Of a stretch of 64,000 nucleotides of DNA, positions 40,972 through 55,606 are shown piece by piece. The position numbers and the translations under genes are program-made. Where the stretch lies: positions 3,596,001-3,660,000 of the forward strand of contig OX597819.1 in NCBI GenBank assembly GCA_951406725.2, read 5' to 3'. Position 1 is the first letter of the stretch; every line of letters starts with the position of its first letter. This DNA is from Octopus vulgaris. Lineage: Eukaryota. A model generated the notes under the pieces. The model saw only the letters and a list, made by a program, of their open reading frames with translations, did no database searches and had not been told where the DNA came from.

Positions 40972-41125
40972 GATGGGCTTCTTTCAGTTTCCCTCTACCA
41001 AAGCCACTCAAAAAGCTTTGGTCCGCCTGTGACTATAGTAGAAGACACTTGCCCAAGGTGCCACGCAGTGGGAGTGAACCCGGAACCATGTACTCAGGAA
41101 GCAAGCTTCATACCACACAACCATG
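40960..41125 (-). mobile_element. SINE B 5' half
   Basis: Matches the family B head. Confidence 0.8.
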
Positions 41126-42513
41126 CGTATACCTTCGAAGTTTCCCAACCTATATTCTATCACCTACATTCGACTATTTAGTGAATGTAGGTGATAGAAT
41201 ACACCAATGAATGCATGAATTGGTAATTCAACACTTTTCCTTTCTGCTGATTTACTTCCCACCTCTCTTTCCCTTCCCCGTCTGTCTCTTTCTATTTCTT
41301 TCTCTCTCAATGAAGAAATAGAGAAATATCTTATGAAACCACAGTTAATGTACTTTGGGTTGGAGATGATTTATGCATGCAGAGTAAAACGTACAAGTTA
41401 TATCTCAGAAGATATACTAATAACTTATATAACACAATACTTTGTGACAGTTGGACATGTTTTTTTTTGCCTGTAGTCATACCTCACTAATCTCCCAACA
41501 AAAGTCTCTAAATCATTTCCCAGTCTGTTTATTGATAGTAACATTATGAAAAAAAAAAAAACTTCAACGAAATATCTTTTCTATTGTTTTATCAAATGCT
41601 ATATGTTTATAGGCGAAAAAGAAAGCAGCTTTTGAAAGAATAAGAAAATGTTATTGTTGCTTCGGTTATTATTTCACATTTTATTTTAAATACGTTACTG
41701 ACTAATAAACGTAAAATTACTCCCATTGGGGAGGAAAAGAAGCGAAAATGACTTAGTAAGACGAAGTATTTTTTGAGATCTTTTGCTGGTGAATATAGAA
41801 ACAGCTTTTTTCTATTTTCTTAATTCTACGTTGGAATCAACAGTGGACCATTTTGCTCCGTTCCTTAATTGACCTGAACTTAACAGAACAACGAGTAAAC
41901 ATTACAACTAATGCTTTTTGTGTTCAAAGAGCTATTAGAGTCATTAAATGTATTATACGAGACGCTTGAATATTTTCTCTTTAAATATATATCCATAACC
42001 TGAATAGTAATTAAAGAGGTCATTACTGTAAGTTCAACTTTTGTAGAATCAATATTTGTAGAAATAATATTTTTATAGAGTTATATTTCACTTTAGGTAT
42101 TGTCTTAGAGTTAAGTTTCCGTTATACGCCCCATTTAATTAGTGCGTTGGAAAAACTGAATAGCTTCTTAACAATATGGTAGAGAGAAAATACCTCAAGG
42201 GAATATTTTGCATACTAAATCCAAATCTGAGATTATTTAAGTAATTAAAAGTTGAAGTAATAATAATAAAAAGAATCCCACCAGAGGTGTCCAATATCTA
42301 AAAACCACAAGCAAAAGAGTTACATTCACAAAGATCAGATCATCAAAATTGCTGGACAATGAATATGCCATACAGACTGGAGTTTTTCTGATCTTAAATG
42401 ATAACTAAAGAAAGCAGTAGATCTGTTTGGATATTATTAGACACCCCAAACGAGGCGTATTCTATGCAATTTGTCGGGCAAAAGGCTAAGTAGTATACCA
42501 GAACATACATACA

Positions 42514-43238
42514 AGGTGGCGAGCTGGCAGAAACGCAAGCACGCCGGGCGAAATGCGTAGCCGTATTTCGTCTGCCGTTACGTTCTGAGTTCAAATCCCG
42601 CCGAGGTCGATTTTGCCTTTCATCCTTTCGGGGTCGATATAATCGACTTAATCCGTTTGTCTGTCCTTGTTTGTTCTCTCTGTGTTTAGCCCCTTGTGGG
42701 TAGTAAAGAAATAGGTATTTCGTTTGCCGCTACGTTCTGAGTTCAAATTCCGCCGAGGTCGACTTTGCCTTTCATCCTTTTGGGTTCGATTAAATAAGTA
42801 CCAGTTACGCACTGGGGTCGATATAATCGACTTAATCCGTTTGTCTGTCTTTGTTTGTCCCCTCTGTGTTTAGCCCCCTGTGGGTAGTAAAGAAATAAGT
42901 ATTTCTTCTGGTTTTACGTTCTGAGTTCAAATTCCGCCGAGGTCGACTTTGCCTTTCATCCTTTCGGGTTCGATTAAATAAGTACCAGTTACGCACTGGG
43001 GTCGATATAATCGACTTAATCCGTTTGTCTGTCCTTGTTTATTCTCTCTGTGTTTAGCCCCTTGTGGGTAGTAAAGAAATAGGTATTTCGTCCGTCTTTG
43101 TGTTCTGAATTCAAATGTTGACTTTGACTTCCATGCTTTCAGAGTCGATAAAATAAGCACCGGCTTAGTATTGAGGGTCGATGTAATCGACTTACCCCCT
43201 CCTCGAAATTGCTTGTCATATTGCCAAAATTGAAACCA
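42514..43238 (+). mobile_element. SINE A tandem array, 184-bp period
   Basis: Junctions aaagaaata|(g/a)gtatttc at 42714, 42898 and 43082; the last unit has the older tail. Confidence 0.92.
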
Positions 43239-44181
43239 ACACACACTACAGAGAGCGGGGGGGGGAGAAGGAGAGGAAGAGAGAAAGAGAGAGAGAAAGA
43301 GAGAGAAAGAGAGATATGCTGATTAAAATTATTAGCAATGTGACTGAAAGCGTCTTGCATATAAAATATGGTAGGGACTGAGTTGAACATCTTCGATCTC
43401 TTGTTCGAAATCTAAGATTACCAACAACGTAACTGGATTAGGTTAATTAAATCATTATATATTTACATAGTTCTTTCGTTTCTGATATAATTGATATAAT
43501 TTTATCTCCGATGACGTAAATGTTTATACATCCGAAGTTAGAAGAGACTAATAAAGAGAAGTCGTAGTCATGTTTTTCAAATTGTTAAGCGGAGACGAGA
43601 CAAATCTTTGTCTGAAGAAAGATTACTTTGTAAGAAATAGAATCTTGTATATCTGGAAGACAATTTTTTGTTTATGGATATACTCGCTTCTCGCGTGTCA
43701 GTTGTATGCAGTAATATAATTTTCTATTTGTGTATATAATTAGCAGCTGCAGTAGTTTCAGGCACTGAAAAGGAAACCTGAATATGACATAAATTTACAT
43801 CTTGGGAAGAATATACACGCACCATAAATTATTTTCTAAAATTAGTTGAAGTGAGGAACGTAGTCGTCCACGAAAACTTTAGATAATATATCATTTTTTA
43901 AATAATGCTCTTGAGGGTGGCTTTAATAATATATAACAATTTTTACCTTCCTCTTGAATCATTGCCACTATGTAAGAAATCAATAATATTAGTGACGACT
44001 ACTGGAGTGTTGGAGTTGTGTCGTTAGTAAATCATTCACAAAATGTCGTTTAAGAGGAAAAAATAATTCGGGATAGCATGCGCAGTGCTGAAAACATATA
44101 AATACAATATATCCTGCGAAGATCTTTGGATAGTATCCTTAGTTCCGTTTGTACTATATCGGAATAAATTATACATTAAAG

Positions 44182-44434
44182 CAATGGTTCTTAACCGGGG
44201 TCCATATCGCCCTTGGGGTCCATGAAAGATTTTGTTAAAATTTATGAGCAACAAATTATTTCTACTTCTACAATACACAAAACATAAAAATTTTTTTAAG
44301 AATTCCTAATAATATTTAGTTATAAAAATACAGTAGTATGTCTTTTATACACATCGAATTATTAGACTGGATGTCCAGTAAAGTAAAATAGGAATTAAAA
44401 GGGCCTATAGGCAAAAAATAGTTGAGATCCACTG
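44182..44434. mobile_element. hAT (Charlie/MER5-like) MITE
   Basis: Termini CAATGGTTCTTAACC / GTTGAGATCCACTG; perfect 8-bp TSD cattaaag (44174-44181, 44435-44442). Confidence 0.9.
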
Positions 44435-44916
44435 CATTAAAGTTTCAGATCTAGGCTTGGTAACCTGCGGTGGAATATGCTGCACTTCCACTTGAAAAGA
44501 TAGTGAATAAATGAATCGAGGAACTTTGGTCTCATTCCTTGCATTATTTTAATGCAAACTTAATATATTGTAGACATTGAATATGCTTTCACATAATCAG
44601 CTGTTCATAATCCTATTGCAGTAGAATTTAATTCACCATCTCCTAAATTATAGAATATTTTGATCCACGTAACACATTAAGAGTCGTTAAAGGTATTTAC
44701 CGAGAAATCTGAAATTTTAGTGTAAAGTATCATTAATAACACATACATTTAGCGTAATAATTATTCATTGAAAGCAATAATATAAAATATTGTGAAATAA
44801 GTATTCGTTTCTTCAACGCCCAATTGTCGATCCACTGCAGTAGTGAGAAGAGGAGAAAGAATAAAAGATAATTCGGTGATATATCATTTAATCGTAATAT
44901 TTGAATATATTAAGAA

Positions 44917-45125
44917 GGCGAGCTGATAGAATCGTTAGCATGTCGGTTGAAATGCTTAGCGCCATTTCGTCCGTTTTCATGTTCCAAGTTCAGATTCCGC
45001 CGCGGTCGACTTTGCCGCTCATCCTTTCGGGATCGATAAAATAGGTACTAGATGAGTACTGGAATCGATGTAATCGACTTACCCTCTCCCACGAAAATGT
45101 TGCCCTTGTGCCAAAATTTGAAATC
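44917..45125 (+). mobile_element. SINE A (older tail type)
   Basis: Family A head and body. Confidence 0.83.
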
Positions 45126-46720
45126 AATGTTTGAATAGTCTTGCTAATTTTAGTGGTAGTCAATTTGTGACGAAAAACGTTCATTAGTGCAAATGACTGG
45201 TGATATGATCACAGTTTTTTGCTTTTACTTTTCAAACAGGTTTTGAAAAACAAAATCCCGATTTAAAAGCAGTTACCAAGGCGTTGTGATATTAAGATAT
45301 AAATGAAAACAAATGCATTGAAAAGAGGTGGTACTGGAAGACTAAATAAAAGGGATAGTATTTTCTAAAGACCAAAGGAAAAATAAAACATTTGCGGTCG
45401 TCGATCTAGAATATTATTTCAATTAATTATATTAATGAACAGTTGCTTTTTGAAAGATAAGAGTTGTTGTTGATGTAATTGGATACCGTATGGAGATCAT
45501 GAAACTAGAACAAACCAAACTAGTAGCTGATCAATATTTTCAAAATAAATAAATTTACAAGGCATCAGTTAATTTCGAGCATCAAAGAAGCAACAAACGT
45601 GAATGTAAATCTTTATAGACTGATATCTATTGCCTAGAGAGAAGATATAAAATCCAATAAGGGAAGCTTCATTACGTGACCTTTTACTCAGTGCATTAAG
45701 CGTTGTTTACGATGAATAACATCAATAAACTAATAAAACGAGAAATTGGGCATCTAATAATTTTGCTATATCTTAGATTTCCTGCAATAAATTAAAGTCT
45801 TGACTCATGGCGAAAATATCTCTTTTTCTATTGATATGTAGATATAATTCTATACATTCAAGAAAGATGTTCTACTAGATTCATCCTAAAATAATTAAGG
45901 TGATGTGCACATTCTTTATTGTGGATTCAAATTCTCGCATTGATAATGTTAAGAGTTATTGACAGAAATGAGATAATTTACTTTAAAAGCTTTTGGTGGA
46001 GATTTTATAGCGTCTACTCCGTAGTGGATAGGTTTTATAGGACTTATAGTAATAAAGAAATGAACCATATTTCCATAGCAATTCTGCTGGCGTAATTGTC
46101 ATGAAAGACCACACACACAAACACAAAAACACACGCGCATACACACGCGCGCATACACACGCGCGCATACACATACACACGCTCCACATACGTTTTTGAG
46201 AAAGAAAACTATATATCTATTAGAAGCGAGCTCATATACATACAAGTATGCATAAACACATACATACATATATACATACATACATACACATGTATATGTA
46301 TATGTTTATAAATATTTGCATATATATGTATATATATATATATATATACATATTTAATTATATTAATATATATTAATATACCTATATATACACACACAGA
46401 TACATAGTTACATATATACATGCATGCACACATATACATATAATACATGCACATGTATAAATATACATAAATGCATGCATATATATATATATATATATAC
46501 TCATATTTTAAGTTCTATTGTTCCTATTTGCACCAATATGCCTGTATATATACATACATACATACACATACATACATACATACATACATACACACATACA
46601 TACATACATACATACATACATACATACATACATACACACATACATACATACATACACACATACACACATACATACATACATACATACACACATACACACA
46701 TACACACATACATACATACA

Positions 46721-46767
<47 letters not shown>

Positions 46768-46768
<1 letters not shown>

Positions 46769-47315
46769 GGCTGCCCCAAGGGGAAACGGTTTCCGTTACG
46801 CTGATGGCTATGGTGAAAGAATGTGTGTGGTGGACGCGTTTGAAAGGACTACAAACAAACACCTTCCTCTCTGGTCAGTCTCTCGTCAACTTTTTCAAGT
46901 ACCACTTGAAAAGGAGGATGAGAATAGAGAGGAAGGCTTTGTCGAACGAATGTTTTAATAAAAAGTGGGTAAAAGTGGCAAAAATGGTCAGTATGAAAGA
47001 CGACACCATTTTAAGCGTAAATCTGTAACCAAAAGAGACAACGAGAGGTAAGGTGACTTACTCATGTGTGCATTTTCGAACTGTCTGAGGTGACCTTGGT
47101 CTTTTTTGTAGGTTTTTCTTTCCAAGGCTACACCTAAACTGTGAACTTTATATATATTGTTTTTTTTTTATACACCACATAACCCACAGATCCCTATTGA
47201 TCGAACGTTTTTTCTTTGTGTGTCCCACCCATCCCACCTCGAAAAGAAAAAAACTCTACATTGTATTTCGTCCATTTTTTTCTGTGTTTAGCCCTGTGTG
47301 GCCACAATAAAAAGT
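46768..47315 (+). mobile_element. Tx1/L1-like LINE 3' fragment (ORF2 C-terminus plus 3' UTR)
   Basis: MVKECVWWTRLKGL..GQSLVNFFKYHLKRRMRIERKAL..FNKKW resembles the Tx1 ORF2 end (IW..R / F...W). The UTR ends ...gtggccacaataaaaag before (TATC)n. Confidence 0.65.
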
Positions 47316-47639
47316 TATCTATCTATCTATACGTAATGAAGCCACTCGTACCCGCCCTATATACAGAGGTAAAGACTGGAATATATGTGGAGAATCCTCC
47401 CATTTATTTTATCCTTTTTTTTTAGCTCTGATGCCTATGGCTTTTATGAGACTTCAATCTATCGAATCATTTACAGACGAGTTGACAGATTTGTCATAAC
47501 AGAAGATTGTTACACAAAACAGCTGGCAAGATAGCTCGAGACTGTGCCTTTGCCCTCAGTTCTTTAAGATATTCCAGACAGCTAAAGTCATTGTGTTTTA
47601 TGTAATGTCTTTATAACTTGTTAACTTCCATTTACTGTG

Positions 47640-48205
47640 ATTCAGAGCAGTTTTTCAAATGTTTCTGGGGAAATCTTTGTCGTTTTCAGGTTAGCCGAAG
47701 TAGCGTGTCAGCTCGCGCTAAGGCTAAAGTATAACGGATGCAGGCTAAAATCGTCTCCATATCAACATTTATGCGACTCACACACGCAGCGACCCAGGCG
47801 TTGGGCTACTCCAATACGAGTGTACTCATCATCTAGAAGGGTATAGGTAGATGAAAAGGGCACCGAATTCAACCATGCACCGCTATTTGGCTGTGAGGCG
47901 GAACAGAAGTAGACAAGGCGGTGCTGGTCTAGTAATGTCTCTAGCTGCTCGAAGGTGGACTGTCTCCAGTTCCTGGGCGTCATCTGGTTCGGCCATCCGA
48001 TGAAGGTGCGGCTGGAGGTAACTGACGAAAGATAGGCCGGTATCGCCAGGTCCACCTGAAAACAGAAACCAAGGCCACCGAATCTAATTGGCAGCTTGGA
48101 CTGTTGCCAGCCGACGCTGTCAAAACCGACAGTGCAGAGTAGTTCGGCACATCGTTGAATGGTGTCAACTTCAGTAAACATGTCATCGGTTACACAGACA
48201 ACCAC
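47640..48205 (-). pseudogene. CRE-clade RT thumb/linker relic
   Basis: WQQSKLPIRFGGLG..AIPAYLSS..SGAWLNSVP..RIGVAQRLG. Confidence 0.78.
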
Positions 48206-49185
48206 ACTTACTAACTATGCCAACGATACGAAAGTAGTATAAGTAGTCAATCTTCTACAGATGGCAATCTTCTACAGAAAAACCTAGATGCCATATACAG
48301 ATGGGCTGAAAAAACCGACAATCAATGTAATGCATGAAAATTCTAATCCCTCCGCTATCAGCCATTTTGTGCTACCATATGCCGCAACAAAGATATTCGG
48401 AGCCAAAAGGAGCAGCAATCCCAGAGTAAAGTATAGTGCGTCATCTGGGTATTGATATGAACAATGACGCCTTGTTTCATGTACATATCCTCAAGATGGT
48501 GGCAATGTGCAGGCAAATGGTTGGCTGGATTCTGAGAATCTCCGGAATAAAGAATCAGGAAACTCAGCTGTTTGTATAGAAGACTTTTGTCCTCAGCCGT
48601 CTGGACCACTGTTCTCAACTGTGGTCACCCCACAGTGTCAATAACGGAATTGGAGTCAGTTCAGCGATGATACACCAGTTAGACTGCATCGATGGAACAG
48701 CTGAGCTACTGAGAGAGATTGAAAGAATTATGGCGCTAATCTCTGGAGTAAAAGCGGAAGAGATATGCAGTGATATACATATGGAAGATCCTACAGGGCT
48801 GACACGAAATTTCGGAATCGAAATTTATACCAGCTCCCAAACTGGATGTCACTGGATTGTTCAAGACGTACCACTCAGCACGTCAAGAGTGGTGACCAAG
48901 GACTTCAATAGTCTGGAAATCAAAGGTCCACAGCTATTTAATACATTGCTAAAAGATCCAAGAGATCTATACGAAGTTGTTACTGGTAGCTGTTTCCAGG
49001 AAACAATTTGATATCCTGCCCTCCCCATCTTAAACGAACCTACATCATGGCAAGAAACTCAAAAAGAGAGCAACCGTATCAGACTACCTCCTTCACCAAA
49101 AGCCATCCATAAGAGAATTGCCATTGCAAAGTTTATAGTACTGGCGGTGCCCCAGCATGGCCTCATCCCTTGGGCTAAAATGAAT
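48206..49185 (+). mobile_element. CR1-clade LINE 3' relic
   Basis: YANDTK, LQKNLDAIYRWAE, VRHLGI, SRLDHCSQLWSP, ELESVQR, Y*ERLKEL; 3' end ggcggtgccccagcatggcc. Confidence 0.83.
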
Positions 49186-49319
49186 ATATATATAATATGT
49201 AAAATGTATTTTGTCGGACTAACGATTATGGATTAAGTACGTTATTCATTCTAAGACTTTTTTGAGTGATTGGCTGGACATAGCTTCTTTTGAACTTGTA
49301 TTCCCTCATATTTGTTGTA

Positions 49320-50875
49320 TATATATATATATATTCATACACACACACGCATACATACATACATACATAAATACATACATACATACACACACATACATAC
49401 ATACACACATACGTACACACACATATACATATGCACACATACATACATTCACACACACACATACATACACACATACATACATACATACATACATACATAC
49501 ATACACACACATACATATACATACATACATACACACACACATACCAACACACACACGCACGCACACATACATACATACATACATACATACATACATACAC
49601 ACACATACACACATACATACACACACACGTACACACATACTTACATACATACATACACACATACATACATACACACATACACACACACATACAAACATAC
49701 ATACACACACATACATACACACACGCATACATATACATACATATATACACAAACATACACACACATACACACATACACACACATACATATACATACATAC
49801 ATACATACATACACACACATACACACATACACACATACATACACACACATACACACATACATAGATACATACATACATACACACACATACATATACATAC
49901 ATACACACACACATACATATACATACGTACACACACGCACATGCACACATACACGCATGCACACATACATACATATATACACATACATACACACACACAT
50001 ACACACACATACATACACACATACATACTTACATACATACATACATACATACATACACACATACATACACACACACATACACACACACATACACACACAC
50101 ATACACACACACATACACACACATACATACATACATACACACATACTTACATACACACACGCATACATATACATACATACACGCACACATACACACATAC
50201 ACACATACATACATACACACACGTATACATACACACATACTTACATAGACATATATATACATACACACACACATACATATACATACATACAGACACACAC
50301 ATGCACACACACACGCATGCACACATACATACATACATACACATACACACACACACATACGCACACATACACACATACACACATACACACACGCGTACAT
50401 ATACATACTTACATACACATACACACACACACTTACACACATACACCCGTACATACATACATACACACACTTACATACACACACATACATACATACTTAC
50501 ACACATACACACATACGTACATACACACACGCATACATATACATACATACATACACATACACACACATTACACACATACACCCGTACATACATACATACA
50601 CACACACTTACATACACATACATACATAGATACATATTCATACATACATACACACACACATACACACACACATACACACACACGCACGCACACATACACA
50701 CATATACACACATACATACACACGCATGCACAAATACACACATACACACATACATACACACATACACACATACATACACACACATACATACATACATACA
50801 CACACATACACACATACACATACACACACATACATACATACATACGCACATACATACACACACACATACACACAT

Positions 50876-50910
<35 letters not shown>

Positions 50911-52250
50911 CATACATACACACACATACACACATACACGCATGCACACATACATACATACACACACACACATACATACACTACACACATAGATACATAC
51001 ATACATACACACACATACATATACATACATACGTACGTACACACACGCACATACACACATACACGCATGTATAAATACATACATACATACATACGTACAT
51101 ACATACATACACACACACACTTACACACATACACACACACATACATACATACGTACGTACATACATACATACATACATACATACATACACACACACACAT
51201 ACATACATACATACATACATACACACACGCATACATATACATACATAACATACACACACATACACACATACACACATACATACATAGATACATACATACA
51301 CACACACGCACATACATATACATACATACACACACACATGCACACATACACACAGGCACACATACATACACACACACATACATACACACATACATACACA
51401 CATATACACACATACACACACTCATACACACACACATACACACACACACACATACATACATACATACATACATACACACACATACACACATACATACATA
51501 CACACACACATACATATATACACACACATACACATACACACATACAAACATACACACACATACGTACACACATACATACATAGATACATACATACACATA
51601 CATATACATACATACATACACACACACATACACGCATGCACACATACATACATACACACATACATACACACACACACACTTACACACACACATTTACATA
51701 TATATATACTATACACGCACACACACATACATACGTACAAACACACACAAACTCACATACACACCGACAGATATACATACACAATATACAGCTTACCGAG
51801 CACGCACACATACACATAAACACATACAAACGCACACATACACGCACACACATACACGTACATACATGCACACTCACAGAAATGAACCCACACATACATC
51901 CCTACACACACACACACACGTACAAGCACACTTGCACACATACACTAGGTTAAGCATAGTTACTCGCCACACACCCAAACTCTACGCATACACACACGAA
52001 CACACACATGCACACACACACACTACAAACAACACACACACATGATACATATACTTATACGCACACACATCCCCTTTGTTTTTTGACCTGGTTTTGACCT
52101 GGCTGGATACAAGTGCCACTCCTTTATGACAGCTAGCTTGCTATGCCTATTATTTACCACACATACACACACACAAATACGCACGCACGCACAAACACAC
52201 TTGTCATCCTTGCACACACACACACACACACACACGCGCACCCACACACA
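49320..52250. repeat. About 2.9-kb compound (CA)/(TACA) low-complexity array
   Basis: Directly visible; source of many spurious HTY/VCM ORFs. Confidence 0.95.
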
Positions 52251-52324
52251 TTCCTTGTCTTTGAAACTCTCTTGTTTTTAAAAATCATGATTCGTCTACC
52301 TCTCAACTTCTGTTCTTTCAACAT

Positions 52325-52535
52325 GTGATCTCTTGAGCACCACCAGCAAAAATATTTTTTTCCTCTGTCTTCCCTTCTTGGGATCTTTTCCTCTCCTTGT
52401 TTCCGACGAAGAGCTCCGCTCGAAACGTTAAACCCTCCTTCCCTTCTTTCCTGAGCGTCAAATAATACTTTAATTGTTCCACGTCCTCGCGTTGCTGTGT
52501 TTTTTTCTGTATTTTCTTGTTTGGATTAACTTTAT
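52325..52535 (+). mobile_element. Penelope/Neptune-type terminal fragment with minimal hammerhead-like motif (52399-52433)
   Basis: gttt-CCGACGA-a-gagc-tcc-gctc-GAAAC-GTT^aaac; ends at (TA)n. Confidence 0.75.
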
Positions 52536-52537
52536 AT

Positions 52538-52624
<87 letters not shown>

Positions 52625-52662
52625 TGTATGTGTGTGTGCATCTGTGTGTATATATCTCTGTC

Positions 52663-52736
<74 letters not shown>

Positions 52737-54779
52737 AAATATATTCTACATATGTATTTATGTAAGTATGTATAAGAAAAACTGCACAAGGTTCTATGAG
52801 CAAAGAGTTAATTATGTGGATTCATAAGCATTTTACCGTAATACGAAATATATATTTTCATATCAAACCAATGAGAATAAAGAATCCTTTGCTGGCAAAC
52901 CGCGTGTTGGATTCTTGATATAATATTGATTACTCTTTGATGCTGCTCAAATCAACCCTTCCACGCGTAAACACTAGTATGGACGTATGTGTACGTACTA
53001 ATAATGGGGTTGACTATTATGAATGATATTATAGAAGCATCTATTGATATGTTTAGCCTCTGAAATGCTTTGCTGATATTTTGAAGTGAAACTTTTAAAA
53101 CATTGCTTTCTTCCAATATCAATATAATAGTATTGATATATTCGTATAGTTTTGTGATATATGTTGACTAGCACCCTTTTGCGAAAACCTACAAACACAT
53201 AGAAACATGTAGTGTCTTAGTAACTTACAAACTGAACTGACGGTTAAGCATTTATATAGTCACACATCATAGATCAATAGCAATTTCTATATCCAGGATC
53301 GTTATGTATAATTAGGAAATTTCTTTGAGACTAATGGTTTGTTTATCGACATATATATACCTATATAAACATTAACTCATACAAGCACACAGAGGCACCC
53401 ACACACAATTTCTAATAATAAAATAGCAGGCTAAATAGTAGCTGTGCGGCTAAAAAGCTTGTTTCTAACCATATAGCCTTGGGTTTAGTCCTACTACGCG
53501 GCACCTTGGGCAAGGGTCATCTATAGCTCACTCAAAGCTTCGTGAGTGAATTTGGTGCACAGAAATTGAAAATATTATATATAAATCACAGTATGTGTGT
53601 GTGCATAATGACTAACGCATACATTTCCACAATTCTCTACTGATTTTCTCCAAACTTTACAAACACATTACTTATATCCCCAAGATGGTCATGCACTGTA
53701 ATATTTTGCCTAGAGCTCCCGCGTAAACGGATGTAAATGGACATAGTTTTTTCTGTATATAGAGTCTTCCATACATTTTCAATCTTCTTATAAAAGTGAA
53801 AGGATTTCGTCTATTTATCTATTTCGATTGTCCACCTGCGCGGTGATCCTATCAGGAGACAGGACTTGAAAACTGTCATTTTGTTTTGGTGCAAATAAAT
53901 ATTTATGTTAATTTAGACGGTTTATCAAAAAAATATTTTTAGCTGCTATCTTTAGCACAACATGTATTATGTCACCGGTAATTTTGTTTCATGTAAGTAA
54001 ATATTTATGTTAGTTTCAAAGAATTCGTTGTATGTACATAGTACTTTTTGTATGTAGGAATTTCCATACTTTTTAAACCTTATATGGTCGTATATTGGCA
54101 CCAGAGAATATTTTTTAGTGGTTATCACATTTAAAAATTTTTTATTTATTATCAATTTATATGTTGTAATTCTGTATTATTTCTTCTACATATTTTTATA
54201 TGTGTATTGGTATGCATAGTTTGAGTTTTGGTTAGAGAATATTATAAAGTGAAAGGATTTTGTTTATTTATTTATTTCGACTGTCCACGACATATCACTG
54301 TACGCGGTGATATCCAATACCAAACAATTTTAATCTCCATATATAAGCTGCATTAAACTTGGCAAGCTTAACCACGGTCGAACAATGATGATGATTACCT
54401 ATTCTGGGTCACTTGAAAGGTGATGTTCTCTTTTCCCTCTTCTATTTGTTAATACTTTTGTTTACCTACCATTATAATATTTCGAGTTACGTTTTAGAAT
54501 TGTAGTTCAAGCCTTCTTTAAACAATCACAGATAATTCGTCCCAAATAATCAACCTTTAAATAAGAGTTGTGCTTCCACTAGCGAAAGCTATACATATCC
54601 TTCAGAAAACTTCATACCAATTTCACTTTATGCAGCATTCGCTGTTAGTTTATGCGCAGGCTATGTGGGAAGACAAATTCGAAATTTATATATATATATA
54701 TAAATAGTAATGCAATACGAGAGTATTGCTTTCCAAAGAAATATATATTTGTATGTATCTATGTATGTATCTTTTTATC

Positions 54780-55542
54780 TTTTTACTTCTTTCAGTCATT
54801 AGACCGCAGCCATTTAATCGACCTCAGTACTTACTTTTTTGTAACCTGGTACTTACTCGATCGGACTCTCTGGCGAATCGCTAAGTTACGTGGACTTAAG
54901 CACACCAAAATCGGTTGTCAAGCACTGTGGAGGGGAAAAATACCAAAACAAAGACATATACACTCACTCATTTTTTAGTTTCCGTCTAGCAAATCCACTG
55001 ACAAGGCTTTGGTTGGCCCGAGGCTATAGTAGAAGACACTTGCTCAAGGTGCCACGCAGTGGGACAGAACCCGGAACCACTCGGCTGGGAAGCAGACTTC
55101 TTACTACACATCTACGCCTATACATATACATATATATCTGTAGGCGTAGGAGTGGCTGTGTGTTAAGTAGCTTGCTTACGAACCACATGGTCCCGGGTTC
55201 AGTCCCACAGTGTGGCATCTTGGGCAAGTGTCTTCTACTATAGCCTCGGGCCGACCAAAGCCTTGTGAGTGGATTTGGTAGACGGAAACTGAAAGAAGCC
55301 CGTCGTATATATGTATAGATGTATGTGTGTGTGTTTGTGTGTCTGTGTTTGTCCCTCAACATCTCTTGACAACCGATGCTGGTGTGTTTACATCCCCATA
55401 ACTTAGCGGTTCGGCAAAAGCGATCGATAGAATAAGTACTAGGCTTACGAAGAATAAGTCCTGGGGTCGATTTGCTCGACTAAAGGCGGTACTCCAGCAT
55501 GGCCACAGTCAAATGACTGAAACAAGTAAAAGAGTAAAAGAG
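54780..55542. mobile_element. Head-to-head SINE B pair (54780-55120 minus; 55143-55542 plus)
   Basis: Both match family B. Confidence 0.88.
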
Positions 55543-55548
55543 TATATC

Positions 55549-55606
<58 letters not shown>

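Noticed and set aside
42514-43238. CRISPR-like or ribozyme-bearing tandem array
   Set aside because: Units are whole SINE bodies without unique spacers, and no hammerhead core was found on either strand.
49312-51819. 835-aa and other long His/Thr/Tyr/Ile or Val/Cys/Met ORFs
   Set aside because: Translations of CA/TA/TACA microsatellites that lack stop codons by composition.
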